Source of the DNA: an uncultured Thermodesulfobacteriota bacterium
Lineage (GTDB): Bacteria; Desulfobacterota; S145-22
Direction: 5' to 3'
DNA length: 64,000 nt
NCBI GenBank assembly: GCA_964577975.1
Contig: CAZOBB010000026.1
Span: 3,120-67,119 of the forward strand
Shown here: piece by piece, positions 47,613 to 55,661 of the stretch
Layout of the letters: the number at the start of each line of letters is the position of its first letter
How positions within the stretch are numbered: the stretch's first letter is position 1
The notes under the pieces: model-generated
Told to the model about the DNA's origin: nothing
What the model saw: the letters and a program-made list of their open reading frames with translations, nothing else
Database searches by the model: none
Program-made: the position numbers and the translations under genes

Positions 47613-48515
47613 ATGGCGAGGCAGCGTCGGTTTGAGTACCCGGGAGGGATTTATTATATTAGAGCTCGGGGTGTGGAAAATGAAATCTTTAAAGATGAAA
47701 GTGATCGGAAGAGATTTCTAGATATTCTTTCAGAGACGGTGTATCGATTCAAATGGTTGTGCCACTCATATTGCTTGTTAAACGACCACTATCACCTGAT
47801 TTTGGAAACCCCTTACGGCAATCTTTCCAAGGGCATGAGGCAGATAAACGGCCTTTACACACAGAGCTTCAATAGAAAATATAGGCGGCGTGGAGCTTTG
47901 TTCAAAGGGAGATTCAAATCGGTCGTCTTCGAAAAAAAGGGGTACCTATTGCCGTTAAACCGCCATCTCGTCCTGAATCCTGTTAGGAGTGGATTGGTAG
48001 GATCGCCGGATAGATGGCGGTGGAGCAGCTATTTGCCCACGGTGGAAGAGGAAGAAGCGCCCCCGTTTCTTTTTACGGGATTTATTCTGTCCCTTTTTTC
48101 TAAAGAGAACAGGGCATTGGCGATAGAAAAGTACAAACGATTTATTTTCAGTGGTGAGGCGGAAAAATTCTCATGGCGCGACCTAAAATTCCAAATTTTC
48201 CTTGGGAGCGATTTTTTTATAGAGAAGATACGCCAGATGTTTATGGTGCATAAAGTTCCCAAACGTGATAGAAGGTCCCTATCGGAAAATGGCGTGCGGG
48301 AAGTTTTGGACCCCCTGTTGGGAAGGGGTTGGACATCAAGAAAGGATAGAGATGCGCTTATTTACGAGGCCTATATTCACCATGGACTGACCCTGGGTGA
48401 AATTGCAGCTTACCTTGGTGTACATACGGCAACAGTGAGCCGAGCTGTTAAACGAGTTGAAAGGAGAAATTCGTGGGTGAAGAAACGAATGGGAGGACAA
48501 GTATGGGTAAAATAA
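47613..48515 (+). CDS. Y1 HUH (IS200/REP-associated tyrosine transposase-like) protein fused to a C-terminal HTH domain
   Basis: Its N-terminus matches the Y1 transposase pattern ([20 protein letters not shown]...), and it has an HuH motif (DHYHLIL) and a C-terminal HTH ([21 protein letters not shown]). There is no tnpB partner and no recognisable terminal hairpins. Confidence 0.6.
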   Translation: MARQRRFEYPGGIYYIRARGVENEIFKDESDRKRFLDILSETVYRFKWLCHSYCLLNDHYHLILETPYGNLSKGMRQINGLYTQSFNRKYRRRGALFKGRFKSVVFEKKGYLLPLNRHLVLNPVRSGLVGSPDRWRWSSYLPTVEEEEAPPFLFTGFILSLFSKENRALAIEKYKRFIFSGEAEKFSWRDLKFQIFLGSDFFIEKIRQMFMVHKVPKRDRRSLSENGVREVLDPLLGRGWTSRKDRDALIYEAYIHHGLTLGEIAAYLGVHTATVSRAVKRVERRNSWVKKRMGGQVWVK

Positions 48516-49606
48516 GGATAGCAATCTGCGGAGTCGGAAATTGTGCGTCGTCTTTGCTACAAGGAATTGAATATTATCGTCGGAAGAAAGAAAAGGATCT
48601 CATCGGTTTGATGCACCCTGAAATAGGGGGTTACGTTCCCTCGGATATTGAGGTTGTGGCGGCCTTCGACGTGGACGAAAGGAAGGTTGGAAGAGACGTG
48701 GCCGAAGCAATTTTCCAGCCTCCCAACTGTACGACCGTTTTTCAACCGGATGTTCCAGAGACAGGCGTGCGGGTCTCCATGGGGAGGATTTTGGATGGCG
48801 TATCCGAACATATGAAAGAATACGATCCAAATCATACCTTTGTTATTAGTCGTGAGAGAGAAGCCAAAAAAGAAGATATTGTCAAAATCCTCGAGGAATC
48901 CAAGGCAGAAATATTGTTGAACTATCTGCCAGTAGGCTCGGAAGAAGCGGTAAGGTTTTACGCGGAGTGTGCTTTGGAAGCAGGCGTCGCCTTCATCAAC
49001 AACATGCCAGTCTTCATCGCAAGCGACAAGGAATGGGCGGCACGGTTTGAGGCAGCGGGGCTTCCCATCATAGGTGACGATATCAAATCGCAATTGGGTG
49101 CCACCATTGTGCATCGAACCCTTGCCAGCCTTTTCAAAAGACGAGGGGTGAAGCTGGAGCGAACCTACCAACTCAACACAGGGGGGAATACCGATTTTCT
49201 CAATATGCTTAATCGATCCAGGCTGGCCTCGAAAAAGGAGTCGAAGACGGAGGCGGTTCAGTCTGTCTTGGAAGAGAGATTACAAACGGAGGACATCCAT
49301 GTAGGCCCCAGTGATTACGTGGCGTGGCAGAAGGATAACAAAGTCTGCTTCATTCGCATGGAAGGTAAACTGTTTGGGGATGTCCCCATGCATTTGGAAC
49401 TGCGGTTGTCAGTGGAAGATTCCCCAAATTCGGGGGGGGTTGTCATTGATGCCATCCGGTGCTGTAAGTTGGCGTTGGATCGTAAGATTGGAGGTGTTTT
49501 GTATTCTCCATCCGCCTATTTTATGAAACATCCACCAATTCAATATACCGATGACGAGGCCTATCGGATGACGGAAGAATTCATAGATGGAAAAAGGGAA
49601 CGATAA
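48503..49606 (+). CDS. ino1: myo-inositol-1-phosphate synthase, archaeal/bacterial short type
   Basis: It has an NAD-binding N-terminus ([22 protein letters not shown]) and MIPS family motifs ([16 protein letters not shown]). Confidence 0.85.
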   Translation: MGKIRIAICGVGNCASSLLQGIEYYRRKKEKDLIGLMHPEIGGYVPSDIEVVAAFDVDERKVGRDVAEAIFQPPNCTTVFQPDVPETGVRVSMGRILDGVSEHMKEYDPNHTFVISREREAKKEDIVKILEESKAEILLNYLPVGSEEAVRFYAECALEAGVAFINNMPVFIASDKEWAARFEAAGLPIIGDDIKSQLGATIVHRTLASLFKRRGVKLERTYQLNTGGNTDFLNMLNRSRLASKKESKTEAVQSVLEERLQTEDIHVGPSDYVAWQKDNKVCFIRMEGKLFGDVPMHLELRLSVEDSPNSGGVVIDAIRCCKLALDRKIGGVLYSPSAYFMKHPPIQYTDDEAYRMTEEFIDGKRER

Positions 49607-49648
49607 GTAGAGTAGAAAGAACATAACGAAAGCAGAGCGGGGAAACAA

Positions 49649-50875
49649 GTGACAAGCGTTACGATGGTATTTCCATCTTATTGGGCGAGAGAGAAAAAAA
49701 CTGGTTGGAAAGAGGGGGATGCGGTGTACGATCATCCCATTCCCATCGACGAGGAAGGGACCCTTTTACGCGCGTTGAGGAGCCTTACGATCTTACGGAA
49801 TAGAGATTTTACGGTGCTCGTTCTCGCCGTGCCCACGACGGAGGAGATAGCAGAAGATGTCGAAAAAAAGGTGGACGGGATTGTCCGAGAGGCCTCCAAA
49901 GAGGTTGAGATACCCATTAAATGGTTCGGTCCCACACACCTAAAGCGTCTTCATGATACGATTGGAGAGGAAGAAGGCGTGGACTTGCTTCAACTGCGGG
50001 GATATTCGAATGTTCGCAATTTATGTATCTTTCTTCCTTTGTTGATGGGCTCTGAAATAGCGATTCTGATTGACGATGATGAGGTGTTTGAAGATCCCGA
50101 TTTCGTCGACAAGGCTGTTGAGTTCGTGGGCCGAAAAGACGAAAAGGGGAATACGATATATGCCGTAGCCGGGTATTATCTCCAGCCCGACGGAGATTTC
50201 CATGTCAAAAAGCCTTTCGAGCCGTGGATGAAATATTGGGATCAATTGGAGCGGATGAACGAGGCGTTCGACCGCTTCATTGGAGCCCCACCCCGGCTGA
50301 AAGAAACCCCCTTCGTATTCGGGGGGAATATGGTGCTTCACCGAGAAATCATTAAGAAGGTCCCTTTCGACCCTCTCGTGCCGAGAGGTGAAGACATCGA
50401 TTATTTGATGAACGCCCGCATGTTTGGTTTCAAATTCTTTCTGGACAACACCCTTTCCATAAAGCATTTGCCGCCACCGAAGACGCACCCGGTCTGGCGA
50501 CGCCTTCGGGAAGACGTGTTCCGCTTCATGTTCGAACGAGAAAAGATACGGAAACAACGGGATCTTCCGGGATTGACGCGAATCGAGGCGGAGGATTTTG
50601 ATCCCTATCCAGGGGCATTTTTAAAAGACGATCTGGAATGGAAGGTGGAGCAAGCCTCCCGCGTGCTGGAGGAGATCTACGAAAAAGAGGGGGACGTGGA
50701 AGGAGCCAGAGAGGCGCGAGCCACCGTGTTCCTCATGCGGAAGGCCTTACGCGAAGGGAAAAGGAATCCTTTCGAGGATTTACTCAACCTTCAGCGGAAA
50801 TGGTCCCTGCTGACGGAGCGTGTGATAGAGGGTTCTTTCAGGGTAGATGTGAGTGATATGGGGGGAGGCGTATAA
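49649..50875 (+). CDS. hypothetical protein with GT-A-like DxD signature, adjacent to MIPS
   Basis: Its ILIDDDEVF and PRGEDIDYL segments resemble GT-A nucleotide-sugar transferases. It has no TM segments and I recognise no confident family. Confidence 0.35.
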   Translation: MTSVTMVFPSYWAREKKTGWKEGDAVYDHPIPIDEEGTLLRALRSLTILRNRDFTVLVLAVPTTEEIAEDVEKKVDGIVREASKEVEIPIKWFGPTHLKRLHDTIGEEEGVDLLQLRGYSNVRNLCIFLPLLMGSEIAILIDDDEVFEDPDFVDKAVEFVGRKDEKGNTIYAVAGYYLQPDGDFHVKKPFEPWMKYWDQLERMNEAFDRFIGAPPRLKETPFVFGGNMVLHREIIKKVPFDPLVPRGEDIDYLMNARMFGFKFFLDNTLSIKHLPPPKTHPVWRRLREDVFRFMFEREKIRKQRDLPGLTRIEAEDFDPYPGAFLKDDLEWKVEQASRVLEEIYEKEGDVEGAREARATVFLMRKALREGKRNPFEDLLNLQRKWSLLTERVIEGSFRVDVSDMGGGV

Positions 50876-50979
50876 ATGGGAAGGAAAAGGGCATAAATAA
50901 TATATAATTCAGCAAGATAGGAAGACAAGAGATGAGGATTCGCGATGAGAAATCCGGCGAAAAGAATTTTTTGGCTCGA

Positions 50980-50997
50980 GGGAAATTTCCCTTGACA
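50980..50997 (+). promoter_or_regulatory. perfect 12-bp palindrome GGGAAATTTCCC abutting a TTGACA -35-like hexamer upstream of nuoA
   Basis: Read directly from the sequence: the palindrome is at 50980-50991, TTGACA at 50992-50997, and a weak -10 (TAGGTA) lies 17 nt downstream. Confidence 0.3.
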
Positions 50998-51036
50998 AAT
51001 GGTCTTCGTTTGGATAGGTAAGACAGGCTATGAAAT

Positions 51037-51063
51037 TTTTCACAAGGTAGGCGTGAAAAGGAG
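51037..51063 (+). promoter_or_regulatory. inverted repeat TTTTCAC-N9-GTGAAAA in the nuoA leader whose 3' arm overlaps the AAAAGGAG ribosome binding site
   Basis: Read directly from the sequence: the 7-bp arms are at 51037-51043 and 51053-51059, the SD at 51056-51063, and the nuoA ATG at 51069. Confidence 0.3.
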
Positions 51064-51068
51064 CAGAG

Positions 51069-51425
51069 ATGTTACGAGCGTATCTTCCTGTTTTGATTTT
51101 GGTCATGGTAGTGGTGGGGTTCGCTGTTTTTGCGGTGGTTGCCTCGCACCTGCTGGGTCAGCACAAACCCACTCGAGTCAAAATGGCTCCATACGAATGT
51201 GGAATCGCATCTCCGGGGTATGGGAAGACGCGTATCCCCCTCCGCTACTATACGGTAGCGATGCTCTTTCTTCTCTTCGACTTGGAAGTCGTCTTTCTCT
51301 ACCCGTGGGCTGTCACATTCAAGAAGCTAGGCGTTTTTGGTCTGGTTGAAATGCTGATTTTTATCGGCATTCTCCTTGTCGGGTATATCTATGTGTGGAA
51401 AAAAGGAGCTTTGGAATGGGATTAG
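51069..51425 (+). CDS. nuoA: NADH-quinone oxidoreductase subunit A
   Basis: It has 3 TM helices and the NuoA motif (YECGI...[15 protein letters not shown]). Confidence 0.9.
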   Translation: MLRAYLPVLILVMVVVGFAVFAVVASHLLGQHKPTRVKMAPYECGIASPGYGKTRIPLRYYTVAMLFLLFDLEVVFLYPWAVTFKKLGVFGLVEMLIFIGILLVGYIYVWKKGALEWD

Positions 51426-51928
51426 AAACTGTTTTCGGAAAAAGCCCTATTACGGCAGGCCTTGACAAGATCGTCAACTGGGCCAGAAAAAATTCGATCT
51501 GGCCCGTTACATTTGGGTTGGCGTGCTGCGCGTTGGAGATGATGGTCGCCTCTTCAGCCTCCTACGACATTGCACGTTTTGGGGCGGAGGTTTTTCGCCC
51601 TTCACCCAGACAAGCGGATTTGATGATAGTGGCAGGGACCGTTACGAAGAAGATGGCACCCATTTTGAGGCGGATCTATGATCAGATGCCGGAACCGAAA
51701 TGGGTCATTGCCTATGGCACGTGCGCCTGTTCGGGGGGGATGTTTCAGAGTTACAACGTCGTCCAGGGAGTGGATACCATCGTGCCGGTGGATGTTTATA
51801 TCCCGGGGTGCCCTCCGCGGCCTGAGGCGTTATTGGCCGGAATCATCAAACTTCAAAAGAAAATCGAAAAAGAATCATTGCTCGACAGGAAAGACGAAAA
51901 GAGCGCGCTTATTTCCGCAGAGGGGTAA
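51415..51928 (+). CDS. nuoB: NADH-quinone oxidoreductase subunit B (N2 cluster)
   Basis: It has the [14 protein letters not shown] and GCPP motifs. The start ATG at 51415 overlaps the nuoA end. Confidence 0.9.
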
Positions 51929-51931
51929 ATC

Positions 51932-52414
51932 ATGGACTATCATGAAATGGTTGACCTGATAAAAGAGCGGTTTCCCGAAGCGATCCTTGGTTATAAGATC
52001 TTTCGGGGCGAGTTGACGATAGAGGTCGATTATAGAGAGATTGTTCCCGTTTGTACCTTCTTGAAAGAGGAGGAACCCTTCAGGATGGAGGTGCTGACGG
52101 ATTTGGCGGGTCTCGATTACGGCGTGGAGGCCTCCCCCCGATTCGGTATAGCCTACCTTCTCACCTCTGTGGAACATATTTTTCGCATGAGGGTGAAGAT
52201 TTCGTTTGAAGAAGGGACAGAGATCCCCTCTGTTTCGGGGATATGGAAAAGCGCGGAATGGCCCGAGAGGGAGGCTTGGGAGATGTTTGGGATTCAATTT
52301 GTCAATCATCCCGATTTGCGCAAGCTTCTCTTGCCGGACGATATGAAGGGATACCCTCTTCGGAAAGATTTTCCCACCAAAGGGTATCATTTCGAAGAAC
52401 CTTTTAGGGTATAA
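51932..52414 (+). CDS. nuoC: NADH-quinone oxidoreductase subunit C (30 kDa)
   Basis: It belongs to the NuoC family (EREAWEMFGIQFVNHPDLRKLL) and is not fused to nuoD. Confidence 0.85.
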   Translation: MDYHEMVDLIKERFPEAILGYKIFRGELTIEVDYREIVPVCTFLKEEEPFRMEVLTDLAGLDYGVEASPRFGIAYLLTSVEHIFRMRVKISFEEGTEIPSVSGIWKSAEWPEREAWEMFGIQFVNHPDLRKLLLPDDMKGYPLRKDFPTKGYHFEEPFRV

Positions 52415-52450
52415 GACAGAATGCCCAAATCACGTTGATTGAGGAAAGTG

Positions 52451-53623
52451 ATGGCTGAGACAAGGTACATGACGGTTAATATGGGGCCCCAGCATCCCGC
52501 AACCCATGGGGTTTTGCGTCTTCTTCTGGAATTGGATGGTGAGTATATCGTTAAGACAACCCCTATCATCGGTCATTTGCATCGGGGTGTGGAAAAACTA
52601 GCGGAAGAGCGCACATATCATCAGTTCATCCCCTTCACGGATCGCTTGGACTACACGGCGGGGATGAACAACAACCTTGCCTATGTCATGGCGGTGGAGA
52701 AACTCCTTGGAATCGAGGTGCCCAAGCGTGCCCAGTACATTCGGGTGGCTTTGGCCGAGTTGCAGAGGATCGCTGCCCATCTCATCTGGCTGGGAACCCA
52801 CGCCCTCGACATCGGCGCGATGACGGTATTGTTCTACACGTTCAGGGAACGTGAAACGGTGATCAATATCCTCGAGCACGTGTCCGGGGCTCGTTTGACA
52901 CCAAGTTACATGAGGGTAGGGGGATTGGCCGCGGACGTTCCCGACAACTTCGAGACCCTCGTGATGGATTTCGTTGAAAAATTTCCGGAGTGTATCGATG
53001 GCTATGAAACTCTCTTGACAAAAAACCCTATTTGGCTCCAGCGGACAAAAGGAATTGGGATTTTGTCGAAGGAAGACGCCTTGAACTATGGCGTGACGGG
53101 TCCGGTATTGCGTGGATCGGGCGTCAAATGGGATATACGAAAACAGTTTCCCTATAGCAGTTATGAGGATTTTGATTTCGAGGTCCCCGTGGGGACGGTG
53201 GGTGATGTATATGATCGGTACTTGGTGCGGCTGGAGGAGATGCGCCAGTCTACGCGGATCATCAAGCAGGTCATCACCAATATGCCGTCGGGTGAGATCA
53301 TGGCGGATGATCCAAAGGTAAGCCTCCCCCCGAAAGATAAAGTTTATAACGACATTGATGCGTTGATCCGCCATTTCAAGATCGAGTCTTCCGGTTTCGA
53401 GGTGCCGGAGGGAGAGGTCTTCTTCAGTGCAGAGAATCCCAAGGGGGAATTGGGGTTTTACCTCGTGAGCGACGGCTCCAACATGCCTGCGCGCATAAAG
53501 ATACGGAATCCTTCTTATTACAATCTCGCCGCGCTTCCCAAGATGATCGAGGGGAGCCTCATTGCGGACGTAGTGACAGTCATTGGGAGCATAGATATCG
53601 TGCTGGGTGAAATAGATAAATAA
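52451..53623 (+). CDS. nuoD: NADH-quinone oxidoreductase subunit D (49 kDa)
   Basis: It has the NuoD/NiFe-hydrogenase large-subunit-like pattern (NMGPQHPATHGVLRL...) with an ATG start at 52451. Confidence 0.9.
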   Translation: MAETRYMTVNMGPQHPATHGVLRLLLELDGEYIVKTTPIIGHLHRGVEKLAEERTYHQFIPFTDRLDYTAGMNNNLAYVMAVEKLLGIEVPKRAQYIRVALAELQRIAAHLIWLGTHALDIGAMTVLFYTFRERETVINILEHVSGARLTPSYMRVGGLAADVPDNFETLVMDFVEKFPECIDGYETLLTKNPIWLQRTKGIGILSKEDALNYGVTGPVLRGSGVKWDIRKQFPYSSYEDFDFEVPVGTVGDVYDRYLVRLEEMRQSTRIIKQVITNMPSGEIMADDPKVSLPPKDKVYNDIDALIRHFKIESSGFEVPEGEVFFSAENPKGELGFYLVSDGSNMPARIKIRNPSYYNLAALPKMIEGSLIADVVTVIGSIDIVLGEIDK

Positions 53624-53651
53624 AGACGACGCAAGAACGGGAGTAAAAAGG

Positions 53652-55613
53652 ATGGGTGGAGTCCTATTCAGCTGCTGGAACGGAAAGGTTGTTGACAATA
53701 GGGATAAAAAACCGGGAGAGTTTGAGCCGCCGGTAGAGATCGCGCTTCCAGCAGACTTTTTTCAGGGGAAGGACCTCAAAGCCTTCATGGGCTGGGGGGG
53801 ATTTGTCATCAAAGACCCGGAGGTCTCGGTCGTCGCCCTCTCTGTGACGTTTCTCGAAAAGGTGCAAGAAGAATCGTGCGGACAATGTATTCCGTGTCGC
53901 ATTGGAACGAGGGTCATGCTGGACATGATGCGAGATATCGCCTCGGGAAAGGGGAAAAAGGGAGACTTGGATACCCTTTTGTCCTTGGGAGAGACGATAC
54001 GCCGTTCTTCGAAATGCACCATCGGTCAAACCTCTCCCACACCCGTGATGGAGGCGATCAAATACTACCGTGATGAGTTCGAGAAGGCGCTGGAAGGAAA
54101 GACAAAGGGCGGAGGGGGAAAAGGTGTTCATTACCTTTCAAAAGTCACGGCCCCGTGCATGAACGCGTGTCCTTCCCATCTCAACGTCCCCCGTTATGTG
54201 GAATTGATCAAAGATGGGAGGTTTTTGGATTCGCTGGAGATCATCCGGGAGAATACGTGCCTGCCCGGCGTGTTGGGACGCGTTTGCGTGAGGCCATGTG
54301 AATCCAATTGTCGGCGCGCCAATGTGGACGAATCCATATCCATAAAATATTTGAAACGTTTCGCGGCGGATTTCGAGCTAGAAAAACACCACAAACCGAA
54401 ACTTCCCCTCCCCACGCAGAAAAGAGACAAGAAAGTGGGAATTATCGGGGCGGGTCCCGCAGGTGTGACATGCGCCTACTACCTGGCGGAGAAGGGGTAT
54501 CAGGTAACGATATTCGAACGTTTTGGCGAACCGGGTGGGATGTCTGCGATGGGAATCCCCGACTATCGTCTGCCGAGGCCGATTCTCCGAAGAGAGGTGG
54601 AGATCATTCAGTCCATGGGGGTTGAGATCCGCTATAACACCATGGTGGGTCGCGATATCACCATGAAGGAGATACGAGACGAATTCGACGCTGTCTTTAT
54701 CGCCGTCGGCGCGCAAGGAAGCACGAGCATGCGGGTTGAGGGTGAAGATGCAGGATACAAAGGCTTCATTCCGGGGGTAAAATATCTTCTGGATATCAAC
54801 CAAGGCCGCGATCCTTACCCTGAAGGGAAAAAGGTCGTAGTCGTGGGGGGTGGAAACGTTGCCATCGACTGCGTTCGATGTTCTTTCCGGATAGGCAAAG
54901 AGGACGTCAATCTCGTTTACCGTCGAACCAAGAAAGAAATGCCGGCGGACGATGTGGAAATAAGAGATGCGGAAGAGGAAGAGGTAAAATTCCACTTTCT
55001 CTGTAATCCGACACGCATCATCGCGGAGAACGGAAAAGTCGTCGGAGTCGAGCTGATTCGGATGGAGCTTGGAGAACCGGACGAAAGTGGTCGGAGACGG
55101 CCCATTCCGGTGGAAGGATCCGAATTTGTCATTGATACGGATATCATCGTTCCTGCGATCGGACAGGCGATTGATCTTTCCTTCATTGATGCGGATACCC
55201 AGTTGGAGGTCACGAGAAAGAACACCATTGTCGTTGATCCCGAAACGATGATGACGAGCGTGGAAGGTATCTTCTCTGCCGGTGACTGCGTCACGGGACC
55301 TGGGGCGTTGGTCGAAGCGGCCGGCGGAGGAAGGACGGCAGCGTTCAGGATTCACCAGTATCTGAGTGGGGAGGAGGTCAAACGGACCGACGAAGAGCTG
55401 ATGGAGGACTTCTTTTCCGCAATGGGTGTGTATGATCCGAAGGAAGACATAGGCATCATAGATGGGAGGGAGAGAAAACACCTGAAGATGTTGCCGCCTG
55501 AAACGCGAAAGTATACCTTTGACGAAGTCGAGTCGGGTTTTCCGGTCAACGAGGCAATCGAAGAGGCAGATCGGTGCCTCCGGTGCTATAGAATCGGGCT
55601 GGTGGCGTTATAG
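53652..55613 (+). CDS. fusion protein: NuoF C-terminal [4Fe-4S] N3 domain (no FMN/NADH-binding domain) + GltD/SudA-type Fe-S / FAD / NAD(P)H oxidoreductase (SfrB-like)
   Basis: Residues ~70-150 align with the NuoF C-terminus (ESCGQCIPCRIG...KCTIGQ...AIKYYRDEFE). Then comes a GltD-type dicluster region (CMNACPSHLNVPRYV...CVRPCESNCRR). Two Rossmann dinucleotide sites follow (GIIGAGPAGVTCAYYLAEKG and VVVVGGGNVAIDC), and the C-terminus has GDCVTGPGALVEAAGGGR. There is no GGxGG FMN motif. Confidence 0.75.
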   Translation: MGGVLFSCWNGKVVDNRDKKPGEFEPPVEIALPADFFQGKDLKAFMGWGGFVIKDPEVSVVALSVTFLEKVQEESCGQCIPCRIGTRVMLDMMRDIASGKGKKGDLDTLLSLGETIRRSSKCTIGQTSPTPVMEAIKYYRDEFEKALEGKTKGGGGKGVHYLSKVTAPCMNACPSHLNVPRYVELIKDGRFLDSLEIIRENTCLPGVLGRVCVRPCESNCRRANVDESISIKYLKRFAADFELEKHHKPKLPLPTQKRDKKVGIIGAGPAGVTCAYYLAEKGYQVTIFERFGEPGGMSAMGIPDYRLPRPILRREVEIIQSMGVEIRYNTMVGRDITMKEIRDEFDAVFIAVGAQGSTSMRVEGEDAGYKGFIPGVKYLLDINQGRDPYPEGKKVVVVGGGNVAIDCVRCSFRIGKEDVNLVYRRTKKEMPADDVEIRDAEEEEVKFHFLCNPTRIIAENGKVVGVELIRMELGEPDESGRRRPIPVEGSEFVIDTDIIVPAIGQAIDLSFIDADTQLEVTRKNTIVVDPETMMTSVEGIFSAGDCVTGPGALVEAAGGGRTAAFRIHQYLSGEEVKRTDEELMEDFFSAMGVYDPKEDIGIIDGRERKHLKMLPPETRKYTFDEVESGFPVNEAIEEADRCLRCYRIGLVAL

Positions 55614-55661
55614 GCCCAGGAAAGCGGAAATACGTGTATTAATCAACCTTGGAGATTGTGA

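Noticed and set aside
51037-51059. Rex (redox repressor) operator upstream of nuoA
   Set aside because: The half-sites TTCACAA / GTGAAA are everted and separated by 9 nt, not the canonical TTGTGAA-N4-TTCACAA. I noted it only as a generic inverted repeat.
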